Positions 17,463 to 26,176 of a DNA stretch of 64,000 nucleotides are shown here, piece after piece. How positions within the stretch are numbered: position 1 is the stretch's first letter; each line of letters opens with the position of its first letter. The notes below the pieces were generated by a model that ran no database searches, was not told the origin of the DNA, and worked only from the letters and a program-made list of their open reading frames with translations. This DNA comes from Candidatus Euphemobacter frigidus. GTDB lineage: Bacteria > Auribacterota > Erginobacteria > Erginobacterales > Erginobacteraceae. Location: NCBI GenBank assembly GCA_030765805.1, contig JAVCDH010000003.1, positions 5,021 to 69,020 on the forward strand, given 5' to 3'. The translations under genes and the position numbers were made by a program.

Positions 17463-18722
17463 TTAACCCTTTTTAGCTGGAGTGCGCTCCGGCGGGCGTT
17501 CGATCTTTACCGGCTTGGGCGCCTCTGCCTTGGGCGCTTCGATCTTGGGCGCCTCGATCTTGGGCGCTTCGATCTTGGGCGCTTCGATCTTGGGCGGAGC
17601 GGCCTTCGGGGCCTCGGGTTTCGGGGCCGGCTCTTTTCCGGCTTTTCCCGGGGCTTCTTCTTTTGGTTCAGGAGGGGGTTTTGGTCCCCGGACGCCGGAC
17701 ATTGTTGACAACAGGGATTTCCAGGCGCCGGCGGCTGCTACTCTCTCTTCCCCGAAACCGGAAATTAAAACAGCTATATCAGCAGCACGAGTTTTATCTC
17801 CCTGCTTGCTTTCACCAATAAACTTGGCCATATCAGCAGCTCTGGCTTTATCCTCTTCTTTTAATACTACCAGGAGCCTGAAGACCTCATCGGCCATGAT
17901 CTGAATTTCAGATGAAAACCTCTTGATAAGTTCTTTGGTTTCAATCTTTAACTTCTCGTTGTCTCCATGAAGTATGGCTACTAGTTTATCGGTATCCCCC
18001 TTTAATTGTTGGTTTGCCGAAGCAATGGCCATGATCAATTTGTCGGCAGCAGCCTTTAGATTTGAAACCTCTTCGGCTCTTGCTTTATCCTGATCTTTAC
18101 ATTCTGATAGATACTTGACCATATCAGCAGCACGAGTTTTATCTCCCTGCTTGCATTCATCAATGAACTTGGCCATATCAGCAGCTCTGGCTTTATCCTC
18201 TTCTTTTAAGACCCCCAGGAGCCTGGAGACTTCATCGGCCATGGTTTGGATCTCGGCGCCAAACCTCTTGATAAGTTCTTTGGTTTCAATCTTTAACTTC
18301 TCGTTGTCGCCATGAAGATCACCTATCAATTTGCCGGTATCCCTCTTCAGTTGCTTATTCGCCGAAGAGATAGCAGTCATTAACTTATCGGTGTCCGCCT
18401 TCAATCGCGTATTCGCCGAGCTAATAGCTTTGACCAATTTGTCTGAAGCTTGCTTTAAATCACGAACTATTTTAGCTCTTTTATTATCCTGGATGTTACA
18501 TTCAGCTAAATACTTGGATATATCAGCGGCTCTGGCTTGATCTTCTTTCTGGCACTCGTTTAAAAGTGCGTCAACATCCATCACCCGGGCCCGATCCTCT
18601 TTTTTGCATTCCCCGATAAACACCTCCGTGTCTTTTTTAATCTCTTTGATCCGTTTCACCCTATCCTGATAGGCATCGGCTATATCTTCAGCCAGGCTTG
18701 TATAATCTTGTGCGGTTGACAT
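17463..18722 (-). CDS. Helical repeat protein in GvpC position (GvpC analogue) with Pro/Lys/Glu/Ala tail
   Basis: 18-aa repeats, a 115-aa (345-nt) internal duplication and (PKIEA)4. ATG 18722 follows AAGGAGGTG; lies between gvpA and gvpN. Confidence 0.65.
   Translation of the reverse strand: MSTAQDYTSLAEDIADAYQDRVKRIKEIKKDTEVFIGECKKEDRARVMDVDALLNECQKEDQARAADISKYLAECNIQDNKRAKIVRDLKQASDKLVKAISSANTRLKADTDKLMTAISSANKQLKRDTGKLIGDLHGDNEKLKIETKELIKRFGAEIQTMADEVSRLLGVLKEEDKARAADMAKFIDECKQGDKTRAADMVKYLSECKDQDKARAEEVSNLKAAADKLIMAIASANQQLKGDTDKLVAILHGDNEKLKIETKELIKRFSSEIQIMADEVFRLLVVLKEEDKARAADMAKFIGESKQGDKTRAADIAVLISGFGEERVAAAGAWKSLLSTMSGVRGPKPPPEPKEEAPGKAGKEPAPKPEAPKAAPPKIEAPKIEAPKIEAPKIEAPKAEAPKPVKIERPPERTPAKKG
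17521..17595. repeat. 15-bp coding tandem repeat (PKIEA)
   Basis: GC(T/C)TCGATCTTGGGC x4 plus one degenerate copy. Confidence 0.85.
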
Positions 18723-18805
18723 CTCTTTCACCTCCTTGCTGTTCTTTACTATCGTTACTATTTAATTACCTTTTCGCGTGACTCTTATCTTTAGTTTGGA
18801 AAAAA

Positions 18806-19450
18806 CTATGAATTAACAGTGGCCATGACCCTTTGCCACTGACTGCTTATTTCATCCTTGACCTGTTCAAACTCTTCCAGCACCCTTTCCACTTCAATGT
18901 TGTCGTCTTTGCGCTCGATAGTAAACGCCTTTACCATCGCCTTGATGTCCTTGACCCTGATTGCGGGACCTTTTTCCAGCAACATCCGCAGGGCGATATT
19001 CAATTCTTCACGATCACGGTGGAAGTCCCGGAGCATCCGGCTGATTCTTCTCTCCCTCTCTTTCGGCCGTCTCAGCACCTTCTCCTTTAAAACATTGAAA
19101 TCATCCACTACCGAAGGACTGCTCACGGTGAGAATCTCTTTCAATTTAGCCACCGTCTCCTCTTCATTCCGGCAGAAATCCTCCACCATCCGGTTAACCT
19201 CGTTTTCACGCTCCTCCTGATGGCTTCGAATTCCCTCCATCAGAGCGTCGAAATCACTTCTCCGCAGGGATTGATACCGGGAAAACCTCTCCCTCAGGTT
19301 ATCAATCATCCGCTCCTGTTCCGCGTGATATTCCCCGAGCTTCCGGTTAACCTCCCTCATCAGGGCAATTACTACCTTTACCTTTGATTCGTACGATCCG
19401 ACTATCTCTCCGACCATTTTTGAGATTAACTCATGACTTCGCGTAACCAT
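18806..19450 (-). CDS. Helical protein directly downstream of gvpA, probable paralog of the GvpC analogue
   Basis: ATG 19450 after GAGGT; amphipathic helical pattern; termini align with 17463..18722. Confidence 0.65.
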   Translation of the reverse strand: MVTRSHELISKMVGEIVGSYESKVKVVIALMREVNRKLGEYHAEQERMIDNLRERFSRYQSLRRSDFDALMEGIRSHQEERENEVNRMVEDFCRNEEETVAKLKEILTVSSPSVVDDFNVLKEKVLRRPKERERRISRMLRDFHRDREELNIALRMLLEKGPAIRVKDIKAMVKAFTIERKDDNIEVERVLEEFEQVKDEISSQWQRVMATVNS

Positions 19451-19645
19451 AATCAACCTCTCAAACTTTCCTATCAGAGTGAGCGAGATGCGCTCAGAAT
19501 CAAGCGGATGCCCTATAAAGCGGCATTTATTGCTGACTACCACGGATTACAAACTCAAACGTTCGCATGTCCCATCAGTGGTGATCCGTGTTAAAGCGGC
19601 TTTATACTCCCAAGGACATCCCGCTACCCCTTGGCCTGCTGCGGT

Positions 19646-19849
19646 TTAGGCAGCCGGTAAGAGACCCACTGCTTCGGCATACTTCAGGAAAGTCTCGACC
19701 GACGCAACCACGACCCGGGCTTCAATCGCCAGAAGTTCGATTCCGACGAGCGAAACCCTGACCCAGGCGTCAACCACGACGCCCTTGTCCAGGATCCGGT
19801 CGACAACTTCGACCAGGCTGGATGAGGCTATTGCTTTTTCTACGGCCAT
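19646..19849 (-). CDS. gvpA: Major gas vesicle shell protein GvpA
   Basis: MAVEK...[55 protein letters not shown]; AAAGGAGG RBS. Confidence 0.98.
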   Translation of the reverse strand: MAVEKAIASSSLVEVVDRILDKGVVVDAWVRVSLVGIELLAIEARVVVASVETFLKYAEAVGLLPAA

Positions 19850-20042
19850 CTTCGGCCTCCTTTGCTCCCGAGGGAGCTTTTCAGGATTCTATCAACCGCC
19901 TCAAAACACGTTTTACATTATCGATTCCGCGAACGGATATCGAAAACTTATGTAAAACCGCGTATTATGGAGGGGCGGTTATCCTCAATTCACCCCGGTG
20001 AACCGTGATGAATTATCCTTACCCCGAGGTAAGGACCATAAT

Positions 20043-20399
20043 TTATTTCAAAGCTTTCTTTGCAACTTTCATTAACTTTGTCATATCAACCGGCTTTTCC
20101 ATAAAGTCATAAACTTCCAGTTCGCCGGCCCTCTCCCGAGTGGATTTATCCCCGTATGCGGATATCATTATCGTTCTTGTTGAAGGACTTATAGCCTGGA
20201 CTTTTTCGAGAACAGTTAAACCGCTTATTTTATATAGCCTGATGTCGAGGATTATTAAATCATATCGGTTATGACTGATTTTTCTTAAAGCATCTCTTCC
20301 GCTGTGGGCACTGTCAACGTCATATCCGTCATCTTTCAGGAAACAGGAGATAAGCCAGCAAGTGTCGTTATCATCATCAACCACTAACACTCTGGACAT
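20043..20399 (-). CDS. Single-domain response regulator (receiver)
   Basis: VLVVDDD, LIILDIRL, MISAYG, FMEKP. Confidence 0.92.
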   Translation of the reverse strand: MSRVLVVDDDNDTCWLISCFLKDDGYDVDSAHSGRDALRKISHNRYDLIILDIRLYKISGLTVLEKVQAISPSTRTIMISAYGDKSTRERAGELEVYDFMEKPVDMTKLMKVAKKALK

Positions 20400-20470
20400 G
20401 CTTATTACCCTTCCTCACCTTGCAGACTAACTCCCGCACCTTTGAACAAATAAAACTTACTGACATTTAT

Positions 20471-20487
20471 AGCAATAACCGTGCCAA
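20471..20487 (-). promoter_or_regulatory. Sigma54 (-24/-12) promoter for the receiver-gvpA operon
   Basis: Minus strand TTGGCAC-GGTTA-TTGCT matches TGGCAC-N5-TTGCW; an NtrC-type activator gene lies immediately upstream. Confidence 0.9.
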
Positions 20488-20872
20488 TGTTGCATGATGT
20501 GTTGAAATAATCTCCGAAACCTTTTTAACTCACCTAAAAAATCCCCGAAGGCCCTGGTGTCTTAGGGGTCACCGCGGAAGCCCGGAAAACGGCAGCATAA
20601 ATATTTTGAGATACATCCGGTTTTTATAACCATTGCATTCTCAAAATATTAACGCATCTCGCCCATCCGCCAAACAAGCGCAGGCTTTTCGCAACAGTCG
20701 CATAATCCGGGATGATCTGGTGATTCGCGGATTACTTTTAATCGGGGAGGGCAGGGGAAGAATATTTTTTAACCTGATCGGACCGGGGGGACTAATAAAA
20801 AGAAAGGCCGGGAAAAAATGGGACACTTCCGGGACGCGGCGGACGGAACTGACACAGTTTTAAAATTTTACT

Positions 20873-20921
20873 GTGGGAGCGGCTTCCAGCCGCGATTATC
20901 GGGGCAAGATGCCCCTCCCAC
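20873..20921. repeat. GTGG-type REP doublet, possibly also terminating the activator gene
   Basis: GTGGGA-GCGGCTTCCAGCCGC...GGGGCAAGATGCCCC-TCCCAC. Confidence 0.55.
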
Positions 20922-20978
20922 AATCCACCGATACGGGTCCACTGAACGCTTACGAATCGCTCAATTTAGGTTCAAATT

Positions 20979-22373
20979 CTAACCAGACAGGCCCAGGCTC
21001 TTTAACTTGCGATAGAGGGTCTTTCGACTCATGCCGAGAATTTTTGCCGCCTTCACTTTTTTCCCACCGCTTTGCTCAAGGGCTTTATTGATCAAATCTC
21101 TCTCAACTTCCCTGGTTATATCTTCAAAGGAAGCGCCTTCTTCCAGGGCTTTTGTCAGATGAACTCTATCCTGAGAAAGACCGAAGGATCTTTGAATTCC
21201 ATCTCGCTCTTTGATGTCTTTCGGTAAATCAGCCGGGGTAACATGAGCGGACCCGGCCAGCAGTACCGCTCTTCTGACCGCGTTTTTCAACTCCCGAACG
21301 TTGCCGGGCCAGCGGTAGTTGAGCAGACTTCTCATCGCCTGGGCGGCGAACCCTTTGATTTTTTTGTCGAACTCATCATTTGCTTCCTTCAGAAAATGCC
21401 TGGCCAGGAAGGGGATATCATCTTTTCTCTCCCGGAGAGGAGGGAGATCGATGTGAAATTCATTCAGCCTGTGAAAAAGGTCGGGCCTGAACCTTCCCTG
21501 CCGAACGGCTTCCGATAAAGGGGTGTTCGTAGTCACAATAATCCGTACATCTATCTTTATATGTTTCTTGGCCCCCAGGCGGTAAAGTTTCCTCTCCTGG
21601 ATAACTCTCAAAAGTTTCATCTGCATGTTCTCGGAGAGATTCGTGATTTCATCTAAAAATAAAGTGCCCCCGTCAGCCTGCTCAAATTTACCCGTCTTCT
21701 TCGCGTCCGCGCCGGTAAAAGCCCCTTTTTCATATCCGAAAAGTACACTTTCGGCCAATGTCCCCGGGATGGTGCCACAGTCTACCGGGATAAAAGACTT
21801 GTCCTTCCGGGTACTATTCTGACGAACCAGATGGGCGATCAGTTCCTTGCCCGCGCCGCTTTCGCCCTGGATGATCACGGTCATATTAGTGGGAGCTATT
21901 ACTTTGACCTGGTTCAAAACCTGCTTTATTTGAAGGCTGTCTCCCATAACATCTTCTAAAGCAATCTCCTCCCCCAGTCTCTTTCTCAGGATTTCTACTT
22001 CCCTGCTCAGATATTGAGTCTGGAGAGCCCTCTTGACCAGAAGAACCAGCTCCTCGTTGTCAAACGGTTTGGTGATGTAATCAAACGCCCCTAACTTCAT
22101 TGCTTTTACCGCCCCTCTGACTTCGCCGAAGGCGGTAAGCATTATTACGATCACATTCTTGTCAATTTTTTTTATATTTTTTAATACCTCCATCCCATCC
22201 TCACCCGGGAGCTTGATGTCCAATAAAATCAGGTTGGGTGTGTCTTTTTTAACCGCTTTCAGCGCTTGTTTCCCATCAGAGACGGCTATGGTATGGTATC
22301 CTTCCTCCTTCAGAATATTGGAAAGGTTCCAGCGCAAATCCGCGTTATCGTCAACGATAAGTATTGATTCCAC
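20979..22373 (-). CDS. Sigma54-dependent response regulator (NtrC/AtoC family, REC-AAA+-Fis HTH)
   Basis: Receiver, GESGAGKE, GAFTGA, LFLDEI, WPGNVRELKN, AAKILGMSRKTLYRK. Confidence 0.96.
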   Translation of the reverse strand: MESILIVDDNADLRWNLSNILKEEGYHTIAVSDGKQALKAVKKDTPNLILLDIKLPGEDGMEVLKNIKKIDKNVIVIMLTAFGEVRGAVKAMKLGAFDYITKPFDNEELVLLVKRALQTQYLSREVEILRKRLGEEIALEDVMGDSLQIKQVLNQVKVIAPTNMTVIIQGESGAGKELIAHLVRQNSTRKDKSFIPVDCGTIPGTLAESVLFGYEKGAFTGADAKKTGKFEQADGGTLFLDEITNLSENMQMKLLRVIQERKLYRLGAKKHIKIDVRIIVTTNTPLSEAVRQGRFRPDLFHRLNEFHIDLPPLRERKDDIPFLARHFLKEANDEFDKKIKGFAAQAMRSLLNYRWPGNVRELKNAVRRAVLLAGSAHVTPADLPKDIKERDGIQRSFGLSQDRVHLTKALEEGASFEDITREVERDLINKALEQSGGKKVKAAKILGMSRKTLYRKLKSLGLSG

Positions 22374-22394
22374 CCCATTAACCTCCTGAATGCA

Positions 22395-23024
22395 TCAATT
22401 AAATTTACCTGCTATTTTTCTAACCTCTTCCTCAAAAAACTTCTTCACCTCTTCCCAGGCCAGTTCCTTTAACATATGTGGCATTTCATCAGGCTCAGCG
22501 TCGTTAAAAAATACTAAACTCTTTTGAATATGAATAAGATTAGAAGCTAATTTTCCATATTTCTTATCATAAAACTTCAATAATTCATTTAATCCATAAC
22601 CAGATTTTAATATGAAGTACAAATCGATAAAATCCCTCTTTGCCCCTCGAGTTGCTACAGCATCTATCTTCATCGCAGCAATGTCTCGAATATCAGCTAT
22701 ATTCAATAAAAAATGTTTTAACGGAGGGAGAACCAAAGGATATTTGTAAATAAAAAGGCTAAATTTTATCCCCTCAAATTCGCCTATAACTGTTCCTTTA
22801 TCTGCCTGTTCTTCATCAAATGAACCCAATTTTGACAGCTCAGTAGAAAAAACTTTGGGCACGAACTCTTTAGTTGTAAAAAAGTCAAAATCAACAGAAA
22901 TGCGGTGTCCTAACTGGAGGGCAGCCGCAGTGCCACCCGCCAAATAGGCATCCTTCAAAATACCCGAACGGCCTAATAAGGCCAAATTTTCTTTTGCTCC
23001 TTTGATGAGCGTTTCTTCAAACAT
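22395..23024 (-). CDS. AbiEii/AbiGii-family nucleotidyltransferase (type IV TA toxin-like)
   Basis: YLAGGTAAALQLGHRISVDFDFF, IAAMKIDAVATRGAKRDFIDLY. Start trimmed to ATG 23024. Confidence 0.85.
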   Translation of the reverse strand: MFEETLIKGAKENLALLGRSGILKDAYLAGGTAAALQLGHRISVDFDFFTTKEFVPKVFSTELSKLGSFDEEQADKGTVIGEFEGIKFSLFIYKYPLVLPPLKHFLLNIADIRDIAAMKIDAVATRGAKRDFIDLYFILKSGYGLNELLKFYDKKYGKLASNLIHIQKSLVFFNDAEPDEMPHMLKELAWEEVKKFFEEEVRKIAGKFN

Positions 23025-23275
23025 AATACCTCTTCTCTGGGCACATCTAACAAAAGAGTCCAAAAATTAGCGCTTTTTTGAGAATAGCCACGAAAATTAG
23101 ATAAAACATTTTTTATTTCTGATCTCTTAAAATTCTTCCCCATCCAAGCAACGGCTTTCTCATCACCATATTCCAAAATCCTTCTCAGAACAAACACCCT
23201 GCGTTTTTGAAATTCTATCTTTTCAAATTCTACATCCCAAAAATACTTCTCCAAGAATTTAGGCAAACTTTTCAT
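22973..23275 (-). CDS. DUF6922-like small partner (putative antitoxin)
   Basis: YFWDV......RVFVLRRILEYGD..AVAW motif; overlaps the nucleotidyltransferase gene. Confidence 0.7.
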   Translation of the reverse strand: MKSLPKFLEKYFWDVEFEKIEFQKRRVFVLRRILEYGDEKAVAWMGKNFKRSEIKNVLSNFRGYSQKSANFWTLLLDVPREEVLCLKKRSSKEQKKIWPY

Positions 23276-23310
23276 AAATCATATGGTCTTCGAAGACGAA
23301 CCAAAAATTC

Positions 23311-24861
23311 CTATTCTTGTTCGATTTTGCTAAGGATAGGAAGCCGGACTGTTACCTCTGTTCCCTGACCAAGGGTACTCTTTATTTTAATACTCCCTTT
23401 ATGGAAGCTTATAATCTGGTGAGCCAGAGAAAGCCCCAAACCTATACCGTCTTTTTTCCTGGTGAAGAAAGGATCAAATATTTTATCCATATCTTTATCC
23501 GGGATTCCTACCCCGGTATCTAAAAACCGGACTACAATTTCTTTCTCTTCCGAATAAGCGTTGATAAATAATCTCCCCCCCGTTTTCATAGAGTCCAGGG
23601 AATTTATTATAAAATTCAAGAACACCTGCTCCAACCGCTTTTCATCTATCATAATCTCCGGCATTCTCCGGGACGCCCTCTTGCTCAAGCGCACGTTCTG
23701 TTCAATACATCTGGCTTTGGCAAGGCTACAAACACGTGTTAGTATATTGCCTATCCGGCCCGGATTAAAAATCATTTCACTAGGCTTGGCAAAATTTAAT
23801 AGATCTTGAATAATTTTATTCGCGCTCCTCGAATTTCTCAATATAAGCCTCATATGTTTTTTAAATTGTTCACTCCGCATCTGCTTGCTGAGGCATAATT
23901 GAGCCGAGGCGTAAATATTGCCGAGAGGGTTTCTTATCTCATGGGCGATGCCCGCTGCTAATTCTCCGACGCCCGCCATCCTCTCGGAATGAAACAATTG
24001 TTCTTCTGTTCGTTTTCGTATAGAAATATCCTTTGCGATGTGAACAGCACCAATAGCTCTACCTTTTTCAACTATAGGTGATATAGTTTCCTCCAGATAA
24101 ATCCCCAGATGAGGTTCAAAAAATTCCCTTATAACTGGAATCTTGCTTTTCATTGCCTGATTAAACGGGCAATCATTGGGGGGAGCTTTTCCCCCATGGA
24201 AAACTTCATAACACTTCATGCCAATCAATTCTTTCGGCGCCATCTTGAAAATATCTGAACAAGTTCTGTTTATCTGAGTAAGCTCGTAATTTTTATCTAT
24301 GATCACAGCCATATCCGAGATGGAGTTAAAAGTCGTTTCCCATTCTTCGGCTAACTTCCTTGACTCTTCCTCCGCCTTCTTACGTTCGGCAACCTCGGTT
24401 TGCAGTTTTTCGTTTGCTTTCTTAAGTTCGGCCGTTCGTTTCTCTACCTCTCTTTCCAGATCGACATACGCTTTTTGCAATGCGGCCTCGGCTTCGCGTT
24501 TCTCAATCGCCCTTTGGACAGTCAACAATAATTGATCTAAATTGTAGGGTTTTTCAAGATAGTCAAAGGCGCCCAGGTGGATAGCCTCGATAGCCGATTT
24601 CTGAGAGGCGTAGCCGGTGAACACGATGCACTCCGTCCCGGGACTGAGTTTTTTTATTTCCTTCATTACTTCCAGGCCGAACATATCCCCAAGCCTGAGA
24701 TCTATCAGGGCAACCAAGGGTGCTTCCTTCTTTAACTTGATCAGGGCTTCTTTTCCCGTGGAAGCGGTTATAGACATGTATCCCCTCTTCTCCAGGTACT
24801 CTGCCAGGCTTTCCCTCACGCCGGGGTCATCGTCTATGACGAGAATTTTGTTCTTCTTCAT
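23311..24861 (-). CDS. Hybrid sensor histidine kinase (REC-coiled coil-PAS-HisKA-HATPase)
   Basis: ILVIDDD, CYEVFHG...CP PAS motif, AHEIRNPL, DTGVGI, FDPFFT, GIGLGL. Confidence 0.93.
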   Translation of the reverse strand: MKKNKILVIDDDPGVRESLAEYLEKRGYMSITASTGKEALIKLKKEAPLVALIDLRLGDMFGLEVMKEIKKLSPGTECIVFTGYASQKSAIEAIHLGAFDYLEKPYNLDQLLLTVQRAIEKREAEAALQKAYVDLEREVEKRTAELKKANEKLQTEVAERKKAEEESRKLAEEWETTFNSISDMAVIIDKNYELTQINRTCSDIFKMAPKELIGMKCYEVFHGGKAPPNDCPFNQAMKSKIPVIREFFEPHLGIYLEETISPIVEKGRAIGAVHIAKDISIRKRTEEQLFHSERMAGVGELAAGIAHEIRNPLGNIYASAQLCLSKQMRSEQFKKHMRLILRNSRSANKIIQDLLNFAKPSEMIFNPGRIGNILTRVCSLAKARCIEQNVRLSKRASRRMPEIMIDEKRLEQVFLNFIINSLDSMKTGGRLFINAYSEEKEIVVRFLDTGVGIPDKDMDKIFDPFFTRKKDGIGLGLSLAHQIISFHKGSIKIKSTLGQGTEVTVRLPILSKIEQE

Positions 24862-25004
24862 AAATTAGCTCCCGCAGTCTACCCCGCAAAATGCGGGGGT
24901 CGCAAATTTATGTTTTGAAAAAAGACTATTGTGATTAAATCAAGGCAAAAACTAAAAAAGGTCTTATAGCCTCAGCCAACATATAATTTCTATCCGAGAA
25001 CTTA

Positions 25005-25061
25005 GTGGACCTAAAGGTCCACAACTACGAAGATGTCGTAGTCGTCGACCTTTAGGTCGAC
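25005..25061. repeat. GTAG-type REP doublet
   Basis: GTGGACCTAAAGGTCCAC-AACTAC-GAAGATGTC-GTAGTC-GTCGACCTTTAGGTCGAC. Confidence 0.75.
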
Positions 25062-25183
25062 AGAATTATTGTCCCGATACTTTTTATTTGAAAAGATATG
25101 AAATCGGGATCCCGATGGATATCGGGAAAATTCTTAAGCAATAAATTAGCTCCCGGAGTCTGTCCCAGGGCAGCGCCGCGCCT

Positions 25184-25807
25184 CTAACCGTGCGTGGCCA
25201 CCTCATACCTCTCCCTGAACGGCAACCTGTGAATCAGATAAGAGACCGTCACATTTTTCAAATATTTATCCACCGCATGCTCCAGGCCAATGAACAGAAG
25301 GCCGATTTCATGCTCGGCCAGAGTACTCTCTACCCTTTCAGCTATGAACTTGTCCCGCTTGGCAAGTAACTCTGATGCCGTCTTCCTGTAATTCTGCATG
25401 AACGCTGTCCTCTGCGCTGTATGGGCGAGTTCATATAACCTCTTTAGATTGTTATATTCTTGAATAAGAAGCTCGTGATCTTCCGTTCCCTCCAGTCTTG
25501 CTCCTTTCTCGACCAGCTCCAAGATAATCTTGTGATTTGGGCTTCCCATCCCGGCCACTTCACGGACTATCTCCAGTTCCCGGCCGCAGACGGGGAGCCC
25601 GTCTTGATATATCTTCAGCTTTTTGAATGGCAAGTTCAGACTGAATATCTTCCCCCGCAGGCCGTTCCAGGTTTCATTTATGACCCTTATGTGCTCCTCC
25701 CACTTCCCCTCGCCGTACCTGGCCAGGTACTCTTTTTTCGCGAATTCCGACATGCTCCCCAGGTCGATCTCCGTATGCACTATGGGAATATAGATCAAAT
25801 TTTTCAT
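25184..25807 (-). CDS. Hypothetical protein, TraB/Tiki-like motifs
   Basis: IPIVH, YQDGLPVCG, RDKFIAERV, LLFIGLEH; tightly packed in the regulatory operon. Confidence 0.6.
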   Translation of the reverse strand: MKNLIYIPIVHTEIDLGSMSEFAKKEYLARYGEGKWEEHIRVINETWNGLRGKIFSLNLPFKKLKIYQDGLPVCGRELEIVREVAGMGSPNHKIILELVEKGARLEGTEDHELLIQEYNNLKRLYELAHTAQRTAFMQNYRKTASELLAKRDKFIAERVESTLAEHEIGLLFIGLEHAVDKYLKNVTVSYLIHRLPFRERYEVATHG

Positions 25808-25810
25808 CTG

Positions 25811-26176
25811 TTACTTTCTTGACAGGGCATCTTTGACAATTGATGATATAAGTTTTATGTCGAACGGCTTGGTGATGTATTCTAAAGCGCCCAGTTGCAT
25901 GGCTTTTCTGGCTGTATCCAACGAACCGTAAGCGGTTATCATGACCACCGCTATCTCTTTTTCTAATTTCCTCATCCGTTCCAATGTGTCTATCCCGTCC
26001 ATTTCGGCCATCTTGATATCCAGGAGAACCAGATCCGGCTTGTTCTCCTTGATTTTTCGCAAAGCCGATCGACCGCTGAGGACGTAAGACGCGTCATAAC
26101 CCTCGTCCTCCAGGATCTCCGCAAGGATTTCGCAGGTATCTTTCTCATCGTCCACGATCAGAATTTTCTTTTTCAT
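25811..26176 (-). CDS. Single-domain response regulator (receiver)
   Basis: ILIVDDE, LVLLDIKM, MITAYG, YITKPF. Confidence 0.93.
   Translation of the reverse strand: MKKKILIVDDEKDTCEILAEILEDEGYDASYVLSGRSALRKIKENKPDLVLLDIKMAEMDGIDTLERMRKLEKEIAVVMITAYGSLDTARKAMQLGALEYITKPFDIKLISSIVKDALSRK

Noticed and set aside
17463-18722. Naming this gene gvpC outright
   Set aside because: Position fits but the canonical 33-aa repeat is not visible; reported as an analogue.
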